The translations under genes and the position numbers were made by a program. DNA of 58,408 bases, counting the filler, from Dugesia japonica (taxonomy: Eukaryota): NCBI GenBank assembly GCA_001938525.1. It is 6 parts of 6 records of this genome, joined end to end, with 100 filler letters (N's around TTAATTAATTAA, not from the genome) between each part and the next. Parts side by side here need not be neighbours in the genome. Positions count along the whole stretch, not along the records: positions 8,986 to 17,476 come from MQRL01580210.1; positions 17,577 to 29,137 come from MQRL01594293.1; 4 more parts are not named here. One strand, written 5' to 3'. The notes beneath the pieces were generated by a model that was not told the DNA's origin, searched no databases, and was given only the letters and a program-made list of their open reading frames with translations. Below, piece by piece: positions 11,800 to 23,466 of the stretch (position 1 is its first letter; every line of letters starts with the position of its first letter).

Positions 11800-12912
11800 A
11801 ACAAATTTGATCAAGTAATTTACATGGTTTTTGCCATCTTAAAGGTAAATTCGGGATCCCATCTTTATAAAAGGTGGATGACTTAGATACAAAGAAATTG
11901 TCCAGGGTGGTTTTGATCTTTTCTTCTGAATATTTTTTCCACTCTGGTAATTTTGAAGATACATAAACAAATGATAATCTGAAGGAGCGATGATGTCAGG
12001 TAATAATGCTGGATTGAGGAAGAACTTCCAATTCTAATTCTCCAATCTTTTACAATTTGAGTTTTGTCATGTTGGATGATGACATTCTTTCTATTGGTCT
12101 ATACTTTGTNNNNNNNNNNNNNNNNNNNNNNNNNNNNNNNNNNNNNNNNNNNNNNTTGTATGCATTATAAGTTGTAACTAAACTTTGTCTTTTGCATTAG
12201 CACTGATTCTTTGGTTTTGAATATTGACATAAAATTCACTAATTTTAAATGAATCTGAAGTATTCGTCTTCCAAGCTAATCTTTCGGTCATTAAGTATAG
12301 TTTTCCTTCAGCTTTCTTGAACGAAACATGATTGACAATTGTTACAATGTCTTCGGTTGAATTGGCTTTAAGTGACATTGTTTCTGTTATTAAACTATTG
12401 ACATTCCTTCCTGATCTTGTATTTTTCAATTCAGCTTCCAGTTTTCCTAACTGCTCCCAGCAGATATTTCTTATGATAGATATTTTTTGTGGAAAAAATT
12501 CAAAATGTGACACTGCAATAATGCCACTAAACAGAAATCATTATCTGGCAGAGCGAAGTCCTGTTTTGGCCAGGTGGTAGCCACTGCTTTTTCTTTTAAT
12601 TTCAACATAAAACACCCATTTTTCATTTCTTGTCACAAATCTTTTTTAAAAAGTTTTCTTTTTTGAATTCGGAAAGAAAAGAAAAACAAATGAAAATCCT
12701 CTTCTGTTTGTTGCTTTCACTCTGGCAATAAGTAACCAATCTTTATTCACTTTGTCTAATTGATAAAGATGATTGACAAAAGTTATGTAAGAGACCCGTA
12801 AGCGATATCCTAATTCCCTTGTTGTAACCTTTGGGTCTTTTTCAATAGTAGTCAATAGAGCTTTGTGATCCAGATTTGAAAATTTTCCTCCTCTTATTTT
12901 CAAATATATCAA
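11800..12912 (-). mobile_element. Decayed mariner transposase interrupted by a GTF2H1 fragment
   Basis: IEKDPKVTTREL, FVTRNEKWVFY, KRKKQWLPPGQ, HFEFFP..CWEQLGKLEAELK; after the insert TNRKNVIIQHD, PDIIAPSDYHLF, FYKDGIPNLPLRWQK. Confidence 0.88.
12156..12378 (-). pseudogene. GTF2H1: TFIIH subunit p62 N-terminal PH-domain fragment
   Basis: MSLKANSTEDIVTIVNHVSFKKAEGKLYLMTERLAW..FKISEFYVNIQNQRISANAKDKV*LQLIMHT versus p62 ([47 protein letters not shown]). TAG sits at the conserved Gln; the fragment runs into a gap. Confidence 0.85.
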
Positions 12913-12964
12913 AATCCCTTCTTTTAGTTATGAAAGATCGATAGAGCAAACTTGTTAACCTGTC

Positions 12965-13620
12965 AGCTATGGCAAAACAAGACTAAAAATCTGTAGTCGA
13001 TTAAATGAAAGAGAAATGGATATATAGAATCGGCAAACCAAAATTCATACTGACAGATAGAGGCAAGATATTTGAAGAAAAACTGATGAAATGAATGACT
13101 CAGAAATTTTGAAATATCCATGAATGTTTGTCTCCATACCAACATTAATCAAACGGTTTGGCGAAAAGAACAATCAGGACTCTACGGGATATGATTATCA
13201 CTAGAATAAAAAGTGGATGTGAAGAAGCTAGTTGGGATAAGCTATTATCTCGAATTCAATTTTTAAATTAATGCAGCTAAACAAAAGGCAACTGGAGTAT
13301 CATCGTTTGAAATAATTTATGGAAGAAAAATTATGATTCATGGAGCTTTACTAAATGACAATACAAGTAGTGAAGTTAGAGAATTACTAGATAAAATTTA
13401 AAAATTTTGGCCCTAAAATTAAATGACTATGAATCAGATAAAAGATTATATCGGAATTTTGTTGTAGTGAAAGTTTTAGTAAAGGTTTTAAAAAAATCAT
13501 TTACAAATATGAAGATCTTTTTGAAATATTAAAATTTATAAGCCCACATCAAGTGATTTTAAATAATTCTGAAATCTTTAAACCACAAAGAATCGAGTAA
13601 CTGATAAAACCAGATGTTTA
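12965..13620 (+). mobile_element. Retroviral-type (Ty3/Gypsy) integrase core fragment, decayed
   Basis: KWIYRIGKPKFILTDRGKIF, SPYQH*SNGLAKRTIRTLRDM, WDKLL, TGVSSFEIIYGRK. Confidence 0.8.
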
Positions 13621-14129
13621 AAAAGATTAAGAAGGATATGATATTTAGTTATAATATTTAAAGATATTTATTAAATTTGATTTATTTAATTTCAATAAAC
13701 TTTAATGATTACGATGTCTACTTTTGAAGTTATTTTGCAGATTGGTTTTCAAGAATGCAAATAGACATCTATCATGAGGGAAATACTTTGAAAATGTATA
13801 AATAAATGTCCTTTGTTAGTAGACTGCATTATTTTACCAGGATCTTTGAATATTGAAAAGACCTCGTATGTAACTAAATTGTCAAACGCTTGACAAAGTG
13901 CCCCTCATTAGACCCAAACATTTGAATGTGAAAGAAACTTACATTATCGTGAAAAGCTCTTCAATATAAAAAATATTGGTTCTAATTTAATAATTGTTTT
14001 TTATAAAAATATTTCGATTTCAATAATCATAAAAATTATCTATTCTCATTCTTTCTTAATTCAATCATTTGTAAATAGTTATTAAACAAAAGGTTTTTTG
14101 TCATAATTTTTATAGGTTTTTTAAAATTA

Positions 14130-14831
14130 TCATTTCATTATTGTGTCCTTTGCCTTTAAAGCATTATGTGGCCTGGCGTTTTCATGCAAAAATTTCACAA
14201 AATGTTTTTCCTTTCCACTAAACAGATGTTTTAGCTCCAAATGTTGATTCAATCGAATTAATAGGTCTGGATAGAGACCAACAGTAACTGTTTCACTGAG
14301 TTTAAAAAGCTCTTTATAACTCGCCAGATGCAGAGCATTACATTTTCCCAAAACGATTGAGATTTGCTACCGATGTTGATGATTTTTCTTGGATTTACCC
14401 ATGACATTTTACGTTTCGAATTATTATATTGTATCCCTTTCACATCTTGAATCCCAATTTCCTACAAGAACAACTTTTGTCAGTCTATCGAGACGAGAAA
14501 GACAGGTTCCCATTCATTGATTTTTTGGAATTAGGAAGTTCATGCGGGACCCAGTTTTCTTTTTTTTGGATCTTAAAAAAGGTGGTTATGTACGCTTTCG
14601 TGTCTTTGCCAAAATATTAGAGTAGTTGTTTCAGTTATTCAGTGTTGCATGTTCTAATAGCACCAAGACGTTGTTTGTCTCTTACACTGAAATAACCACT
14701 TCGCATATATCATTCGACACTACGTTTTGGCATAGAATGAAACAAATGGGTTAACATGCTCTTGCTGCATTTTTTGCTTGCTGAAATTCATATAGAATAC
14801 AGTGTATAATATGCACCTTATTTTTTTTCAT
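14130..14831 (-). mobile_element. Decayed mariner transposase
   Basis: MKKNKVHIIHCILYEFQQAKNAARA, WVPHEL, KRKMSWV, VMLCIW, FLHENARPH. Confidence 0.88.
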
Positions 14832-16789
14832 GTAAGTCATTGCTGGGCTCAAATTATTTAAGATCTCAGCTTAATTCTTTCGTAAATTGATTGCCATTTT
14901 AATATTTGATTTGAAAATTGATTGTAAATTAAAACAATTGCAATACTTATATAACATAATAAAAAATTTGGATTATTTATTTGTAGGGTAATGCAAAAGT
15001 ATGTATATTGTAATCATTATAATAATAAATATTATATTTATAAAATTTGAATGAAATATTTTAAATTTAATTTATTTAAGATAATAATAGATAATAATTT
15101 AAGTATTCACTAACAAATGTTGTTTATTAAGCAATATTTGAGAACAATGAACGCTAAAAGGGTTATGAAGAATTTAGCTGAGGAACTCTCTGTCAAATTT
15201 CTTTTCAATTATTTTTTCAGTATTTTCAAAAATATCATTTCCTTCATTGATATCATTCGATATAGAATTAAAAGCTGCGCATAAATGGCCCTAAGGACTA
15301 ATATTGGAAAATGATTCCTTTATGATGAAACATTGGATTTTGTTTAGAGTAGGTAGACTGTAACGCTCTGGATCACGTCATCATCAAAAATTAAAATCTA
15401 AAGATTGTGATACTAATTTGATGAAACAAAGTAAGCCTCGAAGCCCAACAATAATTTAACTATTTGAATTTGCCATTCATTAATTTAAAATAACAAATCA
15501 GCAAAACTGTATTTATTATAATTTGTCATTAAAAACCGAACTTGAACACATAAAATAGAAATTAATTAAAATTCTAAATTATCAATTTTCATAATAAATA
15601 TGTCAATTTATATCTACAAATCAATAAATCTTGAACACAAAATGAACTCAACAATTTATTGAATAAAGTTAATCAATAATCGAAATTATTTACGGAATTA
15701 ATTGTAAATAGTCGCCTTTTTTGAGGAATTTTCAATTGATCATTTTTCAGTCCATTATCAATTGTTTTATTATTATGTGATTTATCATTATTACACATTA
15801 TTTCATTAATATTATCTACATTTTGAGAATAATTCTTTGAATAACCAGTAGATAAACTATCGTAGAAATGTGGAATATTATCTTGGACCTTCATTAATTA
15901 TTAAGTTTATTAATCTGATTGATCTATTTCAATAATCAATTGTGCGAAGCAATTATAATTTCAATTTATGGAGAAAATAAAAAAACAGACAATTTCACTA
16001 GTTATTGTGTAGTTAAGAGAGTATAGAATCCGGGGATTATTAGTGGCGAGATACCGTGATCACATCATTATTTAAATTAGTAAACATTATGATTTTTGTT
16101 TAAATCAACTGAAATTAATGATTTAGTTTTTACGGAAATTCGGGGGGGAAGCCTATTTTTTGTTTTAATTCTTCAAGAAATTAACAAAATTTTGTAATTT
16201 TTAAACATATGGTTATTTTTACATCAATCGATTCAGAAAGAAACGATCAATGGTTACGTCCAACAATTATTCTCGCAATAATTCTTGCAATAGTAAAAAA
16301 TTGATAACAATAAATTAATTTCATGGAAACAGACTTTTTTATATTTTTTTTGGTGTTTTAATGGGATTTTACCGCAACATTCAAGGTAAATACAAATGCG
16401 TGTATCAGTTTTCATAAAGTGAACCGGATCCGGGATTGATAGATTTACGATCCAGAAATTCCGAATTTGTTTTCCATAGTTGGAAATAGTAAAAAATTTA
16501 ATAATCGAGTAATTTTCAATTAACTCAACAGATAATTCCAATACAATGAATTATTTAAACAAATTTTTTAATTAAGGAATACGAATTGCTACTTATACAG
16601 AATTTTCTTAATATAAAACTTGCTTATATAGAGCACTTACTGTGTCTAAATTTGTTTTAATTAAGCCGCAGTTTAAACTAATCAATACCAAAAATCTTTA
16701 TACCAAGAAATTGGAAAACAAGAATTTCGAGTGCTCTTAAAACATTATTTAAAACATTAAAGACTATTCGGGATCAATCGAAATGATTC

Positions 16790-17330
16790 GTAAATGGTTT
16801 ACAGAATTTTCGTTAAGGCCATACAACTCGCAGATAATTACGAATGTCTTGAATGCCCAATAGATTTAATAACACACGAAATGATTCGAAAGATCTTATA
16901 TGATTGTCAAATGAAATTGTACGAGCTAGCTAAGGTTTGTGGGAATTTCAATAGGATCAGTAATTACAATTCTGCATAAAAATTCGGGAAAAGATGCCGC
17001 CCTTTATCACAATTCACCAAAAACACGAGCGTATGCGCTGTTTGAAACAATGTTTGGCATTGCACAAACGCAATTTTAATGAATTTTTTCGAAGTTTTAT
17101 TATTTTTGATAAAACTTGGATCCACCCGTAGACACTTGAAACAAAAAATAAATCAAGACAGTGGAAAAATTAGGCAAACCAGCTGCGAAAAAATGATGAA
17201 GAAAACTGCATCTGCTGGAAAAGTTATGATTGTTATATTTTGGGATTCACGTGGTGTGTATCTTATCTATTACTTTGTAAAAGGAAAAACAATTACTCAG
17301 GAATTTTTTGGTGCATTATTGGTCCGCTTA
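16790..17330 (+). mobile_element. Decayed mariner fragment, Himar1/irritans-like
   Basis: MKLYELAK, ASAGKVMIVIFWDSRGVYLIYYFVKGKTIT (compare SAGKVMASVFWDAHGIIFIDYLEKGKTI). Confidence 0.8.
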
Positions 17331-17520
17331 ATTCAGTCGTTTTCTACCCTTTTGTAGATTCCCATTAACCTTTTATGGACACCATGTGGAGCACGTTGGG
17401 AGCTCCTATATTAATTTAACGAAGTCTACACAAAAAAAATTAAATTCATCATTCAGTAGTCGTAAGAGAATGTTGTNNNNNNNNNNNNNNNNNNNNNNNN
17501 NNNNNNNNNNNNNNNNNNNN

Positions 17521-17532
17521 TTAATTAATTAA
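17521..17532. other. Artificial scaffold-joining linker
   Basis: TTAATTAATTAA between N runs. Confidence 0.95.
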
Positions 17533-18659
17533 NNNNNNNNNNNNNNNNNNNNNNNNNNNNNNNNNNNNNNNNNNNNGTTACATTATTATATGGTCAATGT
17601 TACTTAATTATATGGTATATGATGTTTAAAGAATTTCTTTTTAAAAATTTCCATCTTAAAACTTTCGTTTTAAAATTTAATTTCATAAAAATTAACTTTA
17701 CCATTGATCTGTGTATATTAAAAAAATATTTTGAAAAACAAATTTAAATAAAGTTTATTTTTAATTGTAAAGATCAAAACGATATTTAAAGGTTCCATTA
17801 ATATGGCAAAAAATGTGACAAAGATGTCTAATATGTTCTAAATAATATAAAATATAACATGTATTGAATAAGTAACAGTTGAGTTAGAATTCCTTGACAT
17901 TTTGCTGTTACGAGTTTAGTCAATTATTGACGATGATGACTGATTGTTTTTAAACAATTGTAGCGGTGTTCAATTTATAACCGGATGTGACCGGACGGAG
18001 GCACTGCTACCAGAGATGCACATACCGTAATCGAGTTTAACTTACTTAATACTACGCAAGTTGATCGATAAGTTAAATTATGAACTAACTCGATTAGATG
18101 CTAACAGACCTTGATGAATTCGCTCCGTCGAACTGTACATGCTGGAGAAGGTATTGCAATGGTATGGAAGGAAATCTTTGAAAATATTTAAAAATTCAAC
18201 GATCCAATTCGAAAATTTTTTAACCAATAAAACAAAATTTTTTTTTCATCAGGAAAACATAAATGTTCTCACCACTTGGTATATGTTGGCAACGAATGTG
18301 GAGGAGGTGATGTACATTAATCTACCTACTCGAGAATTCTCAAGAATTTGAAAATTATCTGTCGTTTCTCGAGAATTAAAATGTCAAAAATATGAGAAAA
18401 CCTAAAAACTATTTAAGTCAAAAGTAAACGAAAATCGCGTGTTGCTGTATCAAACTTTTACACCACGGATTTAATACGCTAGTAAGACGCGATTAATTAA
18501 TTATTAAAAAATTAAAATTAAAACCAATTATAACTGCTTGGTATTTTAATATTTTTATGAATATTTTGTTTTAATCAGTCACAAATAAAAGTTATACAGA
18601 TTACTAATAAATAATCTTCATTTATTCCTGTTATTTCTTTTTAAAAAAAACAATAATAA

Positions 18660-18856
18660 ACAATTTCAATAATTGCGAGAATAATTGAGGACATAACCAT
18701 TGATCGTTTAACAGAATTCCTTTAAAATAAAAGCTTCGATCAAACTTTTTTGTTTTTTTATTGATATTTGATAACAATTCGATATTTTGACTTAGTCTTC
18801 TTCAGAAATTGAAATCAATAAAAAATCAAAAAAATTTATCGAAGCTTTTATTTTAA
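18660..18856. mobile_element. Foldback/MITE-like dispersed repeat (second copy ~39680-39870)
   Basis: Inverted arms TAAAATAAAAGCTTCGAT / ATCGAAGCTTTTATTTTA. The upstream block TTGCGAGAATAATT..CATTGATCGTTT is shared with ~39690. Confidence 0.6.
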
Positions 18857-19439
18857 ATGAATAATAATAAACCTCGATTTTATTTTAATTAATATTAAAT
18901 CTTTTAACCGATTGATCATTATTAATTGTTACTATTTTTACTGAATTAACATTTGTTGGGCTGAAACAGCACAGATCGCTAAAGAATTATAGCTTCTATT
19001 ATATTATTTTTTTTACGCATTACTCGTCTATTAATAGTGGGTACCCCTTTGAGTAATTACTCACGCAATCATTTATCTGCGTTGTTTATTTATTATCTCC
19101 TCACATACACACTCAATAATTTATCTGCGTGAGTAATTTTTTTCTTCCCGCCCCCAGCGCAGCTTTTATTTAATGTCAAGCGGAATCGAGGCCCATGCAC
19201 GCGACAAAGCACAACAGGGGAGAAGTTAAATAGTGTGCACTAGGGCGAAAAAAGACACGCACAGAAATTATTGCGTGAGTAATTACTCAGAAGGACTTAC
19301 CGTGGGTGCGCATTACTACTAGTTGAGTAGTGCGCAAATAAAAAAAGCGCAGAGCGCAGTTAAATAAAACGTGGGGGATCGGAAATATATAATGCGTAAT
19401 TACACGCGTAATTCCGTTAAAATATCATAATTAATAAAT

Positions 19440-20716
19440 ATGGGTAGCACAATAGAGAATTCGTTAAATGAGACAACAGATTCAATAAAACCACTATTGA
19501 AAAGACCAATCGACGGCGGCAATGGTGGAGGATATGAAACTTTTAAACCGGTCGAACCAAGAATACCATTACAAGTAACAAGATCAAGTTTTAGAAAATA
19601 TCAAGAAGAATATAATAAATATCTGGAGGAGTTAGGAAAATGGAATAGAAATAAACAATAATGGATAAAGAAACACTGTAAATAATACACGCGTGAAAAG
19701 AAGAAACAAGAGAACGAATAAATTTATTCGAAAACATGCAAGATTATGAAATAAGGAAAGTAATAACATTTACCGGCGATGAAAGAAGATCATGGAAAAA
19801 GTTGATAGAAAATGAAAAAATCAAAATATACCATTAACTAAGAAAGGTGATATAGAATAATGGATTTACATAGAAAAGAACTAGAGAATGAGAAATTGAA
19901 ACAATTAGAAAAACATAAATTAGATAAAGAATATAAACCAAGTAAAATCATTAAAGACATGCACATGATGAAAATAAAGATGGAAACGTTGAAGAATAGA
20001 TTAAATAAAAGTTTACCACACGAATACGAATCGATAAAAAAATTCCAAAAGAATTAAAAGAATCATTAGTATATTTCGAGAAATAAGATGGAGTAATAAA
20101 TCATCATGAACAATGGTTGAATAACAATCCATTGGAAAGAACAAATTCAATAAACAAATGAAATTATTCACGGAAAAACAAAATAAACCCCCGGGATATC
20201 TGAAAAAGAATATGCATAAATTCACGGGATTTCTATTAGGAGGACTGAAAATAATGGGAAAATCGGTACAATCGCAATAATCGACTCATTAATAGATCTA
20301 GGATTCAGTGGTATAAAAGAAATACAATTATTATGGTCAATACGAAGCTCATAATGTCATTACCGGATAGGATAGCACGTTGGGGGCAAACAAAAGATTT
20401 TACAATGCATGATGTCGTTAAACATATAGAAATGAAAAGACAATTTCCGAAATCAAACATTAAAAGATGGTATTCATATTGAAAAAAAACATGAAAACAA
20501 TTACGATCAATATTATAAAGAAGATCAACCATTAAAATGGGATTACGATTGCGATAAATAAAACCTAATGTATAAATAACAGCAAGAACAAGAAAACCAA
20601 AGTATTCCGAAGAATCAGAACACAATTTCTATTGGTCATTAACAAGTGCAGAATTGGAAAAATATAAAAACATCGTATATTATTACGAACCACCACCACA
20701 ATTCCTATTCATGTAA
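19440..20716 (+). pseudogene. Decayed ORF of unknown function inside copy B
   Basis: ATG at 19440, then K/E-rich coding-like segments (19440-19661, 19860-20057, ..FYWSLTSAELEKYKNIVYYYEPPPQFLFM*) broken by stops and frameshifts. Confidence 0.4.
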
Positions 20717-20796
20717 ATATCTTTCTTTATTTTGTCAAAGCAGGTTTTCCAAAATTATTTATTATTGAGTAAAAATATTATTAATTTTTCAAAAAG

Positions 20797-21100
20797 AATT
20801 CGTGCCGGTCCAATGATCACAGATTTCATTGGCACAGTGCACGCTCAAACGAAACATTGCTCTACATAAAATTATGAAAACACATGCATAGGGTGAGCAC
20901 TGCACTTTATGAAAACACCGAGAGATCTATGACGCCGAGTGAGCACCGGTAATCATACATAAAGCCAAAAAGATACACAAAAGGTAAATGATAAAATGAA
21001 AAATAAAACATGACCAAATGTAGACTTTTCTCCAGAATCTGCTAGTGAAAAGTTGAAAAAGTGAAAAGTCAAAATTTTAAGTTTGCAGCTGGGTATAAGA
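20797..21100 (+). promoter_or_regulatory. Conserved promoter-like module of the element family
   Basis: CGTGCCGGTCC at 20801, GGGTGAGCAC at 20891, GAGTGAGCACCG at 20937, TATAAGA at 21094; same order in the two other copies. Confidence 0.5.
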
Positions 21101-22321
21101 CAGTGCAAAACTTCATAATTTCAGCTTAAAATTTTCGATATAACTCTTGCTAACTTATCAGTAAAAGTTGCAAGTAGTTATAATTATCTTTAAATTCTTC
21201 GGAGAGAATCAGAACAAAAGTAAGTTATTGAATTGTTATTTATCCTAAATACAACTATAAAGGAAGGCTGAGGTAATGATCATCACTCATTAGCTTTGCT
21301 GCCAGTGGTGGTCATCACCTTTCAGTTATCCGCTTCACGAGATCATCCACCAATTATTGATAGTGATTATGAGATGTGATAGATATTGATGATTATGAGG
21401 AATGTGATAGATGAGTTATTATGAGAGACATGATAGATGAATTATTATGAGGGAGGAAAGATGATAGCTTGAAACTGTAAATGCTATTGCTATGATAGAC
21501 GAATTATTGTGAAAGATGATTACTGTTCACACGTATGATAGATGAATACGGTTAATGGTCATTATATTATTAAAATGATGATAAAACTGGTGAAGAGATA
21601 TGATAGTTATGAGAGGTAAACATGAGTGAAACGATGTATATTGAAACAATGATTATGAATGAAATGAATTAAACATGGCAATAAGGCGAGTGTTAATGAT
21701 ACTAAAAACATTGATGAGTGGTTTCTGAATTTTGTCTTTTATTAAATGTTACTTTATTATTACGGTTGTAATTGTTGATGAAAATATTAATTCAAATTTT
21801 TATTAATCATTCTACTTTTGGTTTCCTTATATTACATATTATTGCTTATTCATTATAACTCATATGATAGTTTAATGATTAAATTGATAATAAATACTAA
21901 TAGCGTTATTACATTTAGTAGTTGGATATGACAATGCCACTAACCGGAGAACCATTCGTTATTTGGAGGGAGATGAATTTTTGAAATGTAATGTATGAAT
22001 TAATCAAAATTTATCGAGATGGTTTGGGCAAGATATGGTTACATAGAGATTTACTGAGAGATAACAGTGGTGACAAGGTACCCATGTTATATGAAGTTTA
22101 AAATAACATTGATAGATTCAATGCATGAAGTAGAAGATCCAACTCCATCCACATTGACGAATGATCAATGATCTGCTGGATTTATGGTAAATATATTACA
22201 AATTTAACTCATTAATTAAATTGATCTTCATTTATGAGACGTAAATGTCACCGAGTATTATAAATAATTGTATTATGATTTTATATAAACCTAACCATGG
22301 AAAATACTATTTCGTAATTAG

Positions 22322-22851
22322 ATGTCTCGATATATAACGAAATCAGTAGCAAAAGAATCATTGAAAGCCGGAGGGTATTCATTCCAATTAACTTCTTGTA
22401 ACAATATGCCAGTCTTATGAGACTCACTCGAGCCTATCGGCATCGATGTGGAGCCCTGGGGATCACCCAGGACTAACTGCGAATAAAGAATGAGGAAATT
22501 AAAAGGCTGAAGACAGACATGATTCGATAAAAGCAACAACACACGGAAAAACTCCAACTGATTGGCCATTTACAAATCCGTGTCTATCAACAAGAACAGG
22601 AATATGAGAAACAGCTCGTAAAGGTAACATCATGGCAGCAGGAGCGAAAAAAGGAATTGGTCACTTTGCTGATTCGGACCACGGATCTGGCTAAACAACG
22701 ACACCTAATTCAGGCAATGTTGACGACACAAACGGAAGCAGAAGAGTATAGCAAACTCACAAAGAGGTTGGCAACAAAAGTGGAGACAATTCTACAACAA
22801 GTTCTTAAGCCGTTGGACGAGATTGATATTCTTAAAGAGACAGCTGTGTGA
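22322..22851 (+). pseudogene. Coiled-coil coding exon of element copy B (disrupted)
   Basis: Acceptor ATTAG at 22321. MPVL*DSLEPIGIDVEPW..LLIRTTDLAKQR..EAEEYSKLTKRLATKVETILQQVLKPLDE is homologous to 57223-57705. Confidence 0.6.
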
Positions 22852-23161
22852 TCAAATTTTTCTTTGAACCGCACTATATAGAAAGTTTTGTTCTTATGCT
22901 CTTTATTTTTATTCGTGAATAGAAATAATAATATAAATGTTCATTGTAACGATAAGTAATCACAATTATTATGACAGGGAAGATAAAAAATATGATGAAA
23001 GATAAACTCGATAATAATGCAACATAAATTTATTATCTTATACCTGTCGTTTACGAATTTAAAGATTTCCTATTATTAAATTATCATAAAGCAAATTATA
23101 AATTGCATTATCATTGAAAATATAATCATAAAACAAATATAATATTTTTCATTAATTTCAG

Positions 23162-23466
23162 TGTCAAATGCAAGATTACAGCGATGGCCGATCTGCAGAA
23201 GAAATGGTGTTTGATGCACAAGAAATTACAANNNAAGATCACAGAATTACAACATAAAAATGGACAGCTCCGAGATTTAAAAAATCGATTAAAGGAACGA
23301 GATCTGGCACTCTCGCAGACATGTCGCATGATGGCGGACATAATTAAAGCTTACGCGAATAGAGAAGTGACAACAGTCCGAACGCTGGCTCAAGTACCCA
23401 GGATCTAAAAGGAGACCATAAAGAAGAACAAGGAAGTCATCGACCAGGACGACTTTAATGACATAA
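23162..23466 (+). pseudogene. Second coiled-coil exon of element copy B
   Basis: Acceptor TTTCAG|TGTCAAA conserved with 57883. DLQKKW..KLQ.KITELQ..RLKERDLALSQT..TVRTLAQ is homologous to 57884-58200. Confidence 0.6.

Noticed and set aside
12178-12180. Stop-codon reassignment (TAG/TAA read as Gln) suggested by stops in p62, the coiled-coil exon and SLC35
   Set aside because: Stops in neighbouring elements replace Trp, Arg and Lys too, and TAA terminates SLC35A-like and mariner ORFs at expected positions; ordinary nonsense decay explains it
13083-13106. Other CTGATGA...GAAA strings as hammerheads
   Set aside because: No stem II, I or III pairing; inside the integrase fragment
15673-16541. Two minus-strand ORFs (73 and 95 aa) as possible host exons
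   Set aside because: No recognisable homology or convincing splice pattern
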